The notes beneath the pieces are model-generated. The model was not told where the DNA came from, made no database searches, and worked only from the letters and a program-made list of their open reading frames with translations. 64,000 nt of DNA from Octopus vulgaris. Its lineage: Eukaryota. Both the position numbers and the translations under genes were made by a program. The stretch spans positions 98,332,001 to 98,396,000 of the forward strand of contig OX597818.1 of the NCBI GenBank assembly GCA_951406725.2, read 5' to 3'. This document shows, piece by piece, positions 24,229 to 36,524 of this stretch. Each line of letters opens with the position of its first letter. Positions within the stretch are counted from its first letter, which is position 1.

Positions 24229-27200
24229 ATACTCACAATGAGTTGGCCTCACGGTATTAGGACACATTTTATACGCAAGTAAAAAGGGCTAGAACGAGGA
24301 GAGGAGATGAGTTTCTAAGATCTTATGAATTACAAATTGTGTCCCATGTTTTTGTATATATATATATATATATGCATATATACATACGAATATGTACATA
24401 TTCACATCTATACGTGTATATGTATATGTATATATATATATGTATATATGCATATGTGGGGGCAGAACATCATGAAACGTGTACAACAAACAAATACGAA
24501 ATACGAATTCCGGGAATATGAACTATTTTTTCGAACAACGAAAGACAAATCGAAAACATGACAGACAACATAAAGAACGACCCTTCATCAGTTGTTAGTT
24601 GTTTTTCTACTCTCGTATTTTGAGTGTATGTGTCTGTGTGAGTGTGTGTATTATTATATTTCGTTTTTTGGATTTGGTTTGCAAGATTCGTGTGTTGAAG
24701 CATATTCTGTTGTGTCTGGGAAGAGTCATTTTCTTATAATTTAACATACTCACCGGTAAAATTTTCTACTTATTTCTTATTTTTATTTTCCTAAACTTTT
24801 CGTTGCGTCTTGCAACCTTTTCAGTAGTCTTGTGTGTTAAATTATAAATTTTATCAGGAATTGCATTTTAAAAAAATTGTTAAAATGTTTTGTGTACTGT
24901 AGAAGTATAACCAGATTATTGCTCATAAACTTTAACAAGATCTTACATGGAACCCCAAGAGTTATATGGCTCTTGGTTAAGAACCACTGTGCTAAATGAA
25001 TTGACTGAATCAGTAGAGCGCCGATACAGATGTTTTGCGGTATTTGTTCCGCCTATTTACCGTCTGAGTTCAAATACGTGCCAGGTCAACTTTGCCTCTC
25101 CTCCTTTCGGAGAGCAATAAAATAAAGTATCTGTCAAATACTGGATCGATGGTATCCACTAATCTCCTCCTCTCAAAATTGCTAGTTAGTAGTGCATGTA
25201 AACTTGTATTCTCGCTGAAACTCTGGACATAAGCTCTACTCCTCAACAGCGAATGACCACTATGGCTACGCCGTCCGCGCTATTCAACGTGCTTGCTCTA
25301 ACCAGTAAGGCATTTGACAAATTGGTAAGCTGGGTTTTCGTCAGATGTCGTCAGCATTCGGCAATAACGTGGTGAACTCGCTGGTTGGAGCCGGCTTAAC
25401 CCAATCCAAGTGAAGGTCACCGCAAGTACAAGCATTTTGTATAACTGCTAACCTTGTGGCTAATTAGCGACCATCATAAAGACAGCGACTTGGCACAATC
25501 GTTAGCTCGAGAGGCAAATTGCTTAGCGGCATTTCACACGTCTTTAAGTTCTGAGTTTAAATTTCGCCAAGGTCGTTTTTACCTTTCAAAGGTCGTTCTT
25601 GCTTTGAGGTCAGTAAAATAAGTACCAGCTAAGCATTAGGTTCGATTTAATTGACTTGGCCCCCTCCCTCTGTTGACCTTGGGCCAAAATTTGAAACTAA
25701 TTAGAGATCATTATCAAGTCGAGATTGTTTTAATGGGCAGATACGATATCATACTGAATAAAATAACTTGCACTAGTTTTGTTACCACCCATTACGTTCT
25801 GAGTTCAAATCACGCCAAGCTGAACTGTGCCTTTCATTCCTCCTTCCAGCTGTCGATCTGGCAGAAATTCAATCGATCCCATCTGCGGTACATTACTTGA
25901 GGCTCTTAGTTTAAATAACACCAATTCCAACTTACACTTTGATTTTGTCAACTCCTCGAAAAATTAAACACCTGTAATATACTCGGGCGCGATACAATCA
26001 ACTATTCTTCTCTCTAGTAAATCCGTGATCTTATCTTTTATCGATTACTTATCTCAATCTTTAGATTGAGCACCACCTTGAAGAAATTTTAGCCGAATGA
26101 ATCGACTCCAGTACTTGTTTAAATTTTTTTTTTTTTTTTTTTTTTGTTAAGTGTGGTACTTATTCGATCGGTCGTTTTTGCGGAGCCGCTAAGTTACGGG
26201 GACGTAAACACACCAAGGCCGGTTGTCAAGCGGTGAGAAGGGGAACAAATACAGACAGACAGACACACACACACACACATACACACACACACATATATAT
26301 TCTTTCCTGAGCGTCCAATAATACTTTATTTGTTCCACGTCCTTGCGTTGTTGTGTTTTTTTGTTTTCTTGTTTGGATTAACTTTATATATATATATATA
26401 TATACGACAGGCTCCTTACTGTTCCCGTCTACCAGATCTATTCACAAGGCTTTGTTCAGCCCGAGGTTATAGTAGAAAACACTTGCCCAAGTGTGGGACT
26501 GAAACCAGAACCATGTGGTTGGGAAGCAAGTTTCTTACCACGCAGCTACGCCTTATTAAAGAAAAAGAAATATTAAAATCTAGCTTATTCCTATGCGCTA
26601 CATAGGGATAGATAAGATTCTAGTGGGCCGTTTCCATGATCCTGTTTCGATTCAAAGCTAGAACCAGTTCACTTACTCTGAAGGTTATATCACTTCACGA
26701 GACTATCATGGAACATATATGTGGTCGAGTATTCTGAGAGAAGCCATTACCAAATCTCCCTCACATCATGCACTACCATTCTCCAAAAAAGGAGGACATA
26801 ATTATAATTTGTTTTCGTGTTTGGTTTGCATAATTCTCGAGGCGAATTCCTGTGTTGAAACAAATCTCGATGTGCTTTAGGACGGTCACTACGCCAATAA
26901 CAATAGCCAAGACAAAAGACGCATTTATAATTGAGAGCAAAAGCAAGAATTAGTGGTTAAGGTTCAAATGTGTTTGTTCATATGTCTACTAAATTAGGGC
27001 TGATCTGGAGGTTGAACTATCACAAAACTACAATCATACGTTAACTACAAGTGACCTGCATAAAATATTAAATCATTGGAAGGGGAGTGTCTATGTACTT
27101 ATATATGTGTGAGTGCAAGGGGGATATCTAAAATACAACAAAATAAATGCACACAGATATATAAATATGTGTCTGTATGACATTTTCGGATATATATATG

Positions 27201-27411
27201 TATAAACACACATATACAAATATCTGCATACACACACAGCACGCATACACACTCATACACACACAGACACGTATATATACAGATATATATGTATATATAT
27301 ATACATATATGCATATACATATATCTATATATATATATATATATACATATATCTATATATATATACATACATATATCTATATACATATATATATGTATTT
27401 ATATGTATATG

Positions 27412-27464
<53 letters not shown>

Positions 27465-28112
27465 ATGTAATTATATATGTATATATATATGTGTGTGTAT
27501 GTGTGTGAATGTATGTAAGTATGTATGTATGTATGTATGTATGTATACACTCACTCACTCACACACACCCACCCACACACACACACACACCCACACACAC
27601 ACACACACACATGAGTGTAACGTTGTGACTACAAGCGAGTATGAATGCGAGTGCCAACGTGAGCATACAAAACAGGTGTTTGCGACAAAACGCGTACAGG
27701 CAACCGACTCCTTCACCTTTCCTCAAACGCCCACCACCACTGCAATCATTACTGTCGCGGCACCAATTACCAGTCGCTTGCCGCTACCGCATTATCGACC
27801 GCCAACAACAAAATTTGAGACCGTTGACCTCCCAGGTATCATTCGGTGCACATTCCTGAACTGACACAGTCTGTGTACCTAAATACGCTATGGCCTGGCC
27901 TCACCTCATGGGAGATGAAGCGTTAAAGCCGACGAGAAAACTAAAACGAATGACAAAAATGAAAAATGAAAAAGAAAAAAAAAAAACACGTATAACTAAT
28001 CGAATGAATAAATAAATTTATAAGTAGATAAATAAATAAATACAAAATAGAGCAACACACAACAGAGTGGCCACCTTCTTAATATCAGTCTTAGCACATG
28101 ATCAGAGATAAG

Positions 28113-28189
<77 letters not shown>

Positions 28190-28319
28190 TATATTTGTAA
28201 TATATATGTGTGTGTATGTGTATGTATTTATGTATAAATATATAAATATATACGTATATATACACATATATTTGTATATATATTTGTAATATACATATAT
28301 ATGTATACATAGATGTGTG

Positions 28320-28368
<49 letters not shown>

Positions 28369-28373
28369 ATATG

Positions 28374-28426
<53 letters not shown>

Positions 28427-28764
28427 CTATAGACATATATACAAATACATACATTTATATACGTGTGTGTGTGTGCGTTTGTGTGTGTGTGTGTGTGACT
28501 AGAATGTTATAAACACCCACATTCCTAGAAATAAGAGCTAAAATGCTCAAATGCTGTAGTCAAAGCTCCTAATTGTATTCATATATACTGACTGACACTA
28601 TAATCAGCTGAAAACACCGTTCTATAACTCCTTATACGGATCAGTCAGTATAAGAGAATTAGAAGGTTTTAGCTCCTATTTTTAGCAATGTAGGTGTTTA
28701 TAACACCCTAGTCACATTTAGCGGCAATGATATATACATTTATAAATATAAATATATATATATA

Positions 28765-29580
28765 TTTTTCGATCAAAGATTGGTCCAGGCCATGCCTAAC
28801 TTAATAGCACCACCTGATAGGATTATCTAAATCCTTTTTAAATCCATTTCTTTTTTGCATTATGATCCATTCGAGTAGGAAGTTCATGTTGTAGTATCCA
28901 GGTATAGGTGACTTACCTGGTATTCCTTGTAGAAATTTGTCCACATTCCGTTGAACGGTAATAGGATCCTTTTCCTCTTTGATCTGTTTTGGGACGATGT
29001 TAAATAGGGCAGGGCCTGTTGAGGAAAAGAAATTGCTGCAGTGTATTTATGTGATGTGATCCTTAATTGGGTAGGGGATGTATGGCCCGTGGTCCTGGCC
29101 TTGGATGAATTTTGAAGCTAATGTTGAGGTCGTTTGGGCAATGCTAGTGGTATATTCTCCACATCGTGCAAATGATGTATCGCTCACGGCGGCGCTAGGG
29201 AGAATAGAAATTCAATGCTTTAAGGCGGTTCCAGTAATCGAGATCACTCATGCCTTTGATTCTTTTATTGAATGACCTCTGGAGTGATTCAGTTTCTGAG
29301 ATGTTTTGTCTTGTGTGGGGAGACCACAGAGGCAGCAGTATTCGAGGTGTGGCCGTACGAAGGAGGAGAAAAGTGGAATGATGACACGTTTTCTGGACCG
29401 GAAGGTACTTAAGATCCAAAAGCTCATCCTACGAGCTATATTGACCTTATTGTTGATGTGGGTACTCCAGCTGAGATTGTTACCAACAATTACTCCTAGG
29501 TCTCTGATATTATTAGATGCTGTAAGAAGTGCCCCTGAAGGAAGAGAGCATGGCTGTTTTAGCATAGTCTTTTTTCCAAA
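28765..29580 (-). mobile_element. 3' part of a CR1/L2-group LINE (RT C-terminal region and 3' UTR), frameshifted
   Basis: RDLGVIVGNNLSWSTHIN...FVRPHLEYC..WSPH...LQRSF..RIKGM..LDYWNRLKALN..S..RRRERY; second copy at 36525-37215 (+). Confidence 0.85.
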
Positions 29581-29631
29581 ATGTACATACATACATACAT
29601 ACATACACACACACACATATATATATATATG

Positions 29632-29660
<29 letters not shown>

Positions 29661-29663
<3 letters not shown>

Positions 29664-30749
29664 ACAATTTAGGAATGACCCTAACAGGTCATTCGTCCAC
29701 CAGAAAGAGCAGCCATAACTCACACCGCCAAGTAGTAGTAATTCAAAAATTAGGTGAAAATTCAAAAACATTTACCCTAATTCATCTTTTAGACGTTGCA
29801 ACGTTTCTGTGTCATTAATGATTAAATTAGCTTAATTAAATTAAATTAAGCTAATCTACCATAGGTTACACTTCATCAGTAAAAAACCTGGGAGAGACAA
29901 ATATCCACGAGGCGTCTGTATCGATGCCTAGGGAATATCTGTCTTAAAATTTTCAAGACTGACGTATTCGCGCCAAACTTATCAGCAGTAAATATAAACT
30001 GCCGATTCAATCTCAGAATTATTCAGAAAATTATCAATTAGTCAATTTAGGGTAGCAAAAAAATTCAATAGAAATCTATCGCTACCAACGGCCTAGTGGA
30101 AAAGAGAAAATAGTCAACGACTAAGTATATAAATATAACAATTTAGGAATGACCCTAACAGGTCATTCGTCCACCAGAAAGAGCAGCCATAACTCACACC
30201 GCCAAGTAGTAGTAATTCAAAAATTAGGTGAAAATTCAAAAACATTTACCCTAATTTTTTGCTACCCTAAATTGACTAATTGATAATTTTCTGAATAATT
30301 CTGAGATTGAATCGGCAGTTTATATTTACTGCTGATAAGTTTGGCGCGAATACGTCAGTCTTGAAAATTTTAAGACAGATATTCCCTAGGCATCGATACA
30401 GACGCCTCGTGGATATTTGTCTCTCCCAGGTTTTTTACTGATGAAGTGTAACCTATGGTAGATTAGCTTAATTTAATTTAATTAAGCTAATTTAATCATT
30501 AATGACACAGAAACGTTGCAACGTCTAAAAGATGAATTAGGGTAAATGTTTTTGAATTTTCACCTAATTTTTGAATTACTACTACTTGGCGGTGTGAGTT
30601 ATGGCTGCTCTTTCTGGTGGACGAATGACCTGTTAGGGTCATTCCTAAATTGTTATATTTATATACTTAGTCGTTGACTATTTTCTCTTTTCCACTAGGC
30701 CGTTGGTAGCGATAGATTTCTATTGAATTTTTTTGCTACCCTAAATTGA

Positions 30750-30754
<5 letters not shown>
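29661..30754. mobile_element. Retrozyme/Penelope-pLTR-like element: 474-nt circular unit, ~1.25 copies then ~1.05 copies inverted, inside (TA)n
   Basis: ataacaatttaggaatgacc at 29661 recurs at 30135 (period 474); 30255-30754 is the reverse complement of the same circular unit starting at another point; (TA)n on both sides. Confidence 0.85.
30433..30530 (+). ncRNA. Type I hammerhead ribozyme motif, GUC cleavage triplet at 30523-30525 (mirror copy on - strand 29787-29884)
   Basis: TTTTA-CTGATGA-A-GTGT...ACAC-A-GAAACGTTGCAACGTC-TAAAA: helix I TTTTA/TAAAA, intact core, palindromic helix III ACGTTGCAACGT. Confidence 0.72.
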
Positions 30755-30830
<76 letters not shown>

Positions 30831-30959
30831 ATGTATGTATGTATGTATGTATGTATGTATGTATGTATGTATGTATGTATGTATGTATGCATGTATGTAT
30901 ATAGCTTTTAAGCAACTGACTCTGAATAGGAAGATCTGCAAACGACATTCGCGTCGGTA

Positions 30960-31360
30960 GCTCCAATGCGAACATTTCAGAGCGTTTGGGTTTCAATCTG
31001 AGGACAGTGCAAGCTGAGTACCCGTACCGAGAGTGATAAAAATCAAACACTCAGCTAACATCATGATGTTTGGAGTGATCACTAATGATGGTGATGTTAT
31101 ACTTCCATTCATCTTCCCACACAGCCTCAGACTCAACACGGTGGCCTAAATAAAGTGTCTGGAGGAGTCAGTGCTGCGCTGGATCAACAGGGTGGCTGCT
31201 AGAAGATCCTATGTCCGGCAACGGGACTCTGCACCATCCACTCAAGCAGGAGAACCCAGACATGGTTGTCAGATAATTTCTGCGACCACATTACTCCTTA
31301 TAACTGGCCACCTAATACTCCAGATGGCCACCCCTTTGATTATTATGTGTGACGCGCAGT
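30960..31360 (+). pseudogene. Tc1/mariner (DD37D/maT-like) transposase fragment
   Basis: MMFGVITNDG..PFIFP..LRLNT...YVRQRDSAP and DNFCDHITPYNWPPNTPDGHPFDYYV (WPPNSPDLNPLDY motif). Confidence 0.75.
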
Positions 31361-31477
31361 TGAATGTTTTCTTTGTATGAAATTAGTTTTTCTATGGTAT
31401 ATGTCTCACAGCATGGTTTTCGACGGGTCCTTCATTGACTGGGTTGGGAAATGGTGGTTCATCTCTAAATTAGTTAT

Positions 31478-31565
<88 letters not shown>

Positions 31566-31850
31566 TTTGTACGGAAGTTAGACATCTGTACGTTTGAATA
31601 CTCTTTCCTGAGAAGCAAGTGTCCGGTCCCGCTCGTCTCTGATGTGGTGTCTGATTCCTAGTTGTATGTGAAAACAAGCATTTCCCCTTAATTAATCGTG
31701 AATGAATATAAATAATATGTTAACAAAGAAATATCATATTTAACTACTGCACTCTTGCAATTAAATTTAACAGCAAGTACACTAAATAGCAGCGTGTGAC
31801 GTCAGCTATAATTCTGTTCTTGGTTGACAAACTATTTTATCAAATTCACA

Positions 31851-32229
31851 TCTGTATATATATAAAGCTGAAGTTGTCTGTGTGTGTGTATGTGTGTGAC
31901 AGGTTTGGTAGCCTTCAACTAACACTATCTCCTCAGAGACCCTGCGGCGTACGTTGACCACAATTGAAAGTATGATAGAAAAAAAAAAATTCAAATCGGA
32001 CCATGTTAACACCAAAAATTATTTACATCAATGAGGGGCTTTTTTTCTATGAAAATCCCTATTTTTACGATTTTTTGACTGCTGTGTCACCATTTTTCGG
32101 TGTATTTCAACCAGAAAAATGTTCACTTAAAGAAAATAACAAGTTACATAATGCAACATTTTTACTTTTCAAAAATTCCAATTCCAAAGGGTCGGAACAA
32201 ACCCGAGCAACGCCGGGCGATACTGCTAG
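31851..32229 (+). mobile_element. Non-autonomous Helitron
   Basis: Starts A|TC, ends CTAG|T with subterminal hairpin cccgagcaacgccggg (32202-32217); second copy on - strand at 63387-63750. Confidence 0.85.
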
Positions 32230-32613
32230 TTCATGCTAAAGACGAACGGAAATAAAGTCACAGGAAAATAGTTCTCAGAAAAACGGTCGTAATTCTAACC
32301 AGGTAAACAAATAAATAGCAGTGGGCATGTGGTGGTAAGAATTTTACTTCTTAACGACGTGATTTTCGGGCTGAGTACCACTATGTGTTACCTTGGTACC
32401 TTAGGCAAGTATCTTCTGTTATAGCCTCGACTCGACTAAAACCTTGTGAATGGGTCTGGTAGACGGAAGCTGAAATAAAAAAAAAGTGTGTGTGTGTGTA
32501 TTTGAATTTGTATTTGCCCATTATGACCGCTGGACAACCGGTATTGGTTTCTTTATGTCTCCATAACATAGCAGTTCCGCAAAAGAGAACAACAGAATAA
32601 ATACCAGGCTTTC

Positions 32614-32673
<60 letters not shown>

Positions 32674-32859
32674 TCTTTTATTCTTTTATTTGTTTCAGTC
32701 ATTTGACTGCGGCCATGCCGGAGCACCGCCTTTAGTCGAGTAAATTATTCTTTGTAAGCCTAGTACTTATTCTATCGGTCTCTTTTGCCGAACCGCTAAG
32801 TGACGGGGACGTAAACACACCAGCATCGGTTGTCAAGCGACGTTGGGGGGACAAACACA

Positions 32860-32939
<80 letters not shown>

Positions 32940-32974
32940 TATATACATATATATATACATACATACACACACAC

Positions 32975-33012
<38 letters not shown>

Positions 33013-33057
33013 GACGGGCTTCCTTCAGTCTCCGTCTACCAAATCCACTCACAAGGC

Positions 33058-33096
<39 letters not shown>

Positions 33097-33536
33097 TAAA
33101 CAAAGAAATAAATAAATAAAAGCAAAAAATTACTGGAGCGATTCGTTCCACTAAAATTCTTCTATGCGATGCCCCAGCTTGGCCGCAATCAAATGACTGA
33201 AACAAATTAAAGATAAAAAAAGAAGAAGGAGTGAATAAATAAACAGATAACAGAATTCGCGGTAAAAGTTTGTCACGTTTCATCGAAATATCGTAAATGA
33301 TTACAGAGTGATTACAGAGTAATTACACAAATATGTTTTAAAGTTATTTATTAATTAACAATAAATGACTGATACATAATGGGCTCTCAATTTATTTCAC
33401 GACAATTTATGCATGGTGAAATCATTCATGCTTTATTTAATATCGTAAACATTACAAAGAAACAAAAAAAAAAAAAAAAAAATCATTATCTCTGTCATTC
33501 ATTGAAAATTTCCTGTTTTCCGCGATATTCATTTAT

Positions 33537-34311
33537 TTATTTCTTTATCGCCCACAGCGGGGCTAAACACAGAGAGGACAAACAAGGACAGACGAAAGGA
33601 TTAAGTCGATTTCATCGACCTCAGTATACAGCTGGTACTTATTTAATCGACCCCGAAGGGATGAAAGACAAAGTCGACCTCAGCGGAATTTGAACTCAGA
33701 ACGTAACGGCAGATGACATGCTAACCATTCTTAATTTTTTTATTGCCCACAAGGGGCTAAACATAGAGGGGACAAACAAGGACAGACAAAGGGATAAAGT
33801 CGATTCCATCGACTCCTGTACGCAACTGGTACTTATTTAATCGACTCCGAAAGGATGAAAGGCAAAGTCGACCTCGGCGGAATTTGAACTCAGAATGTAG
33901 CGGCAGACGAAATACGGCTAAGGATTTCGCTCGGCGTGCTAATGTTTCTGCCTGCTCGCCGGGGGAAAAACAAAAATGGAAATTTTATTTAAAGAAATTA
34001 CCGCCTCAATCTGAAAACCGGAAGGTTTGGTGAATTAACTAAAATCCTTGAGGCAGCAAAGCACAGTTCCACACAATAATCTACCCCCACCACCACCACC
34101 ACTACCTATTTCTTTACTACCCACAAGGGGCTAAACACAAAGAGGACAAACAATGACAGACAAAAGGATTAAGTCGATTACATCGACCCCAGTGCATAAC
34201 TGGTACTTATTTAATCGACCCCGAAGGGATAAAAGGCAAAGTCGACCTCAGTGGAATTTGAACTCAAAACCTAACGGCGGACGGCGTGCTAACCATTCTG
34301 CCAGCTCGCCG
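33537..34311 (-). mobile_element. Cluster of three SINE A units with an intervening ~145-nt segment shared with 45288-45440
   Basis: Family A matches; intervening sequence duplicated elsewhere in window. Confidence 0.8.
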
Positions 34312-34880
34312 CTCTCACGATATTCACTTATTGCCATTGATTCTTGTGTACTGAAGTAACTATTTTTGCCGTCAAGCCTTTTGCCTACGCATATCACAAC
34401 ATTCCTAATCGCAAAGCCACGCTTGTGCTTAAGATATTAGGTTCTCTTTCTTAGTGAACACATAATAGATTCGTATAATGAACGATCACATCGTAGTGGA
34501 CGCGGTCTTTGTCGTGGACGTAGTCGTCAGGGTCCCCGTCGTAGTGAACATGGTCCTGGTGGCGGTTGTCATCCTTCAAATAAAAGCCAAGTATTTTTAT
34601 AGCATGTAAGACCGATCAATAAACTGATTATTTGTTTCTGTCTCTGTGAGTAGCTAAAAGTGACGCGTTCACTTCCGTTTCAATTAAATGAAAAAGATTA
34701 ATCTAGATCTGTCTAAAATTATATATATGTATATACATATATATATTAGCGAGTATATCCAAACTTTCAGGGAAAAATTAGATTTAGGATTAAATGAAAT
34801 TTCACAGTATAAATAAATATAAATTAAATTAGAGATAAAACCACTGTTTGAGTTGCCTAATAGTGGTTTTATCTCTAATT

Positions 34881-34919
<39 letters not shown>

Positions 34920-34971
34920 AATATACATCCACACACCATATCCTTTAAATTTTAGACAGATCTAGATTAAT

Positions 34972-35139
<168 letters not shown>

Positions 35140-35347
35140 GCTTCTTTCAGTTTCTGTCTTACCAAATCCACTCACAAGGCTTTGGCCGGCCCGAGTCTAT
35201 AGTAGAAGACACTTGCCTAAGGTGCCACGCGGTGGGTCTAAACCCGGAACCATGTGGTTGGTATACACACACACACACATATATATATATACACACACAC
35301 ACGCGCACACACACATATATATATATACATGCATGCATACATGCATG

Positions 35348-35389
<42 letters not shown>

Positions 35390-35434
35390 CATACATATAT
35401 ATATATATATACATACATGCATGCATACATACAT

Positions 35435-35466
<32 letters not shown>

Positions 35467-35552
35467 TTAAGATTTAAGATTTAGTTGAATTAAGTACTTA
35501 AGTTGAAGCTAAGTCAGTCCGGTATTATCCGCACAACTCGAAGTATGGTGAA

Positions 35553-35842
35553 TAAAATCAAAATAAGTAACAGAATTTCAAGTAGTCATGCAGCGCGACC
35601 GTTTCAAGCGGCTCTATTTAATTGAACCATGCAATCATTGCATCAATTTAAATAGAGCACTATCTTCAGCTACACAAATATGAAAAACTATATTAACATA
35701 TCTTGCCTGTTGAAAATCCAGCTGAATGCAGCTGAAGCTAGCGCTGAATTTAAATTGATGTAATGATTGCACTGTTCAATTAAACGGAACCGCTTGAAAC
35801 GGTTGTACTTCATTGCGACTTGAAATCCTGTTACATATTTTG

Positions 35843-35846
<4 letters not shown>
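35553..35846. mobile_element. Fold-back element with degenerate HHR in both arms; related hairpin remnant at 21512-21600
   Basis: 35553-35672 inverted to 35728-35846; minus arm GTAG-CTGAAGA-long stem-GAAACGGTCGCG-CTGC. Confidence 0.65.
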
Positions 35847-35901
<55 letters not shown>

Positions 35902-35902
<1 letters not shown>

Positions 35903-36204
35903 TTTATTTTAAGCAGCAGAAAATTCAACAAAATCTGTTACTCTGAGTTTCTCGTTGCCGTTTATCAGACAGTTTTTGCTAGAATGGAACTGATATATCA
36001 ATTCAATCTATACTCTTACAAACGCTACACCTTTAAAAAGAAATGGACTTGTTTGATTTCCATTTCTTTTTAAAGGTGTAGCGTTTGTAAGAGTATAGAT
36101 TGAATTGATATATCAGTTCCATTCTAGCAAAAACTGTCTGATGAACGGCAACGAGAAACTCAGAGTAACAGATTTTGTTGAATTTTCTGCTGCTTAAAAT
36201 AAAG
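35902..36204. repeat. 146-bp near-perfect inverted repeat (11-nt spacer) within (TA)n
   Basis: 35902-36047 versus 36059-36204, one mismatch seen (35963). Confidence 0.9.
36134..36171 (+). ncRNA. Minimal type I hammerhead ribozyme motif
   Basis: CTGT-CTGATGA-A-CG-GCAA-CG-A-GAAACTCAGAGTA-ACAG: helix I CTGT/ACAG, GNRA-capped helix II, quasi-palindromic helix III ACTC/GAGT, GUA triplet. Confidence 0.65.
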
Positions 36205-36273
36205 CATATTACTCTACCACTGGTATTTGAGTACTCTTTTTTCCACCTTGTTTCACATTTATGTGTTTACTCC

Positions 36274-36355
<82 letters not shown>

Positions 36356-36379
36356 TATTTATATATATATATATGATAT

Positions 36380-36423
<44 letters not shown>

Positions 36424-36524
36424 GTATACATACATACACTTACAATACATGCATGCGTACATACATACATACATATATACATACATACATACATACATAC
36501 ATGCATGCAACAATCTCAGCTGGA

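Noticed and set aside
34490-34575. His/Asp-rich reading frame on the minus strand
   Set aside because: More simply a decayed GAC/CAC trinucleotide repeat; no convincing donor site.
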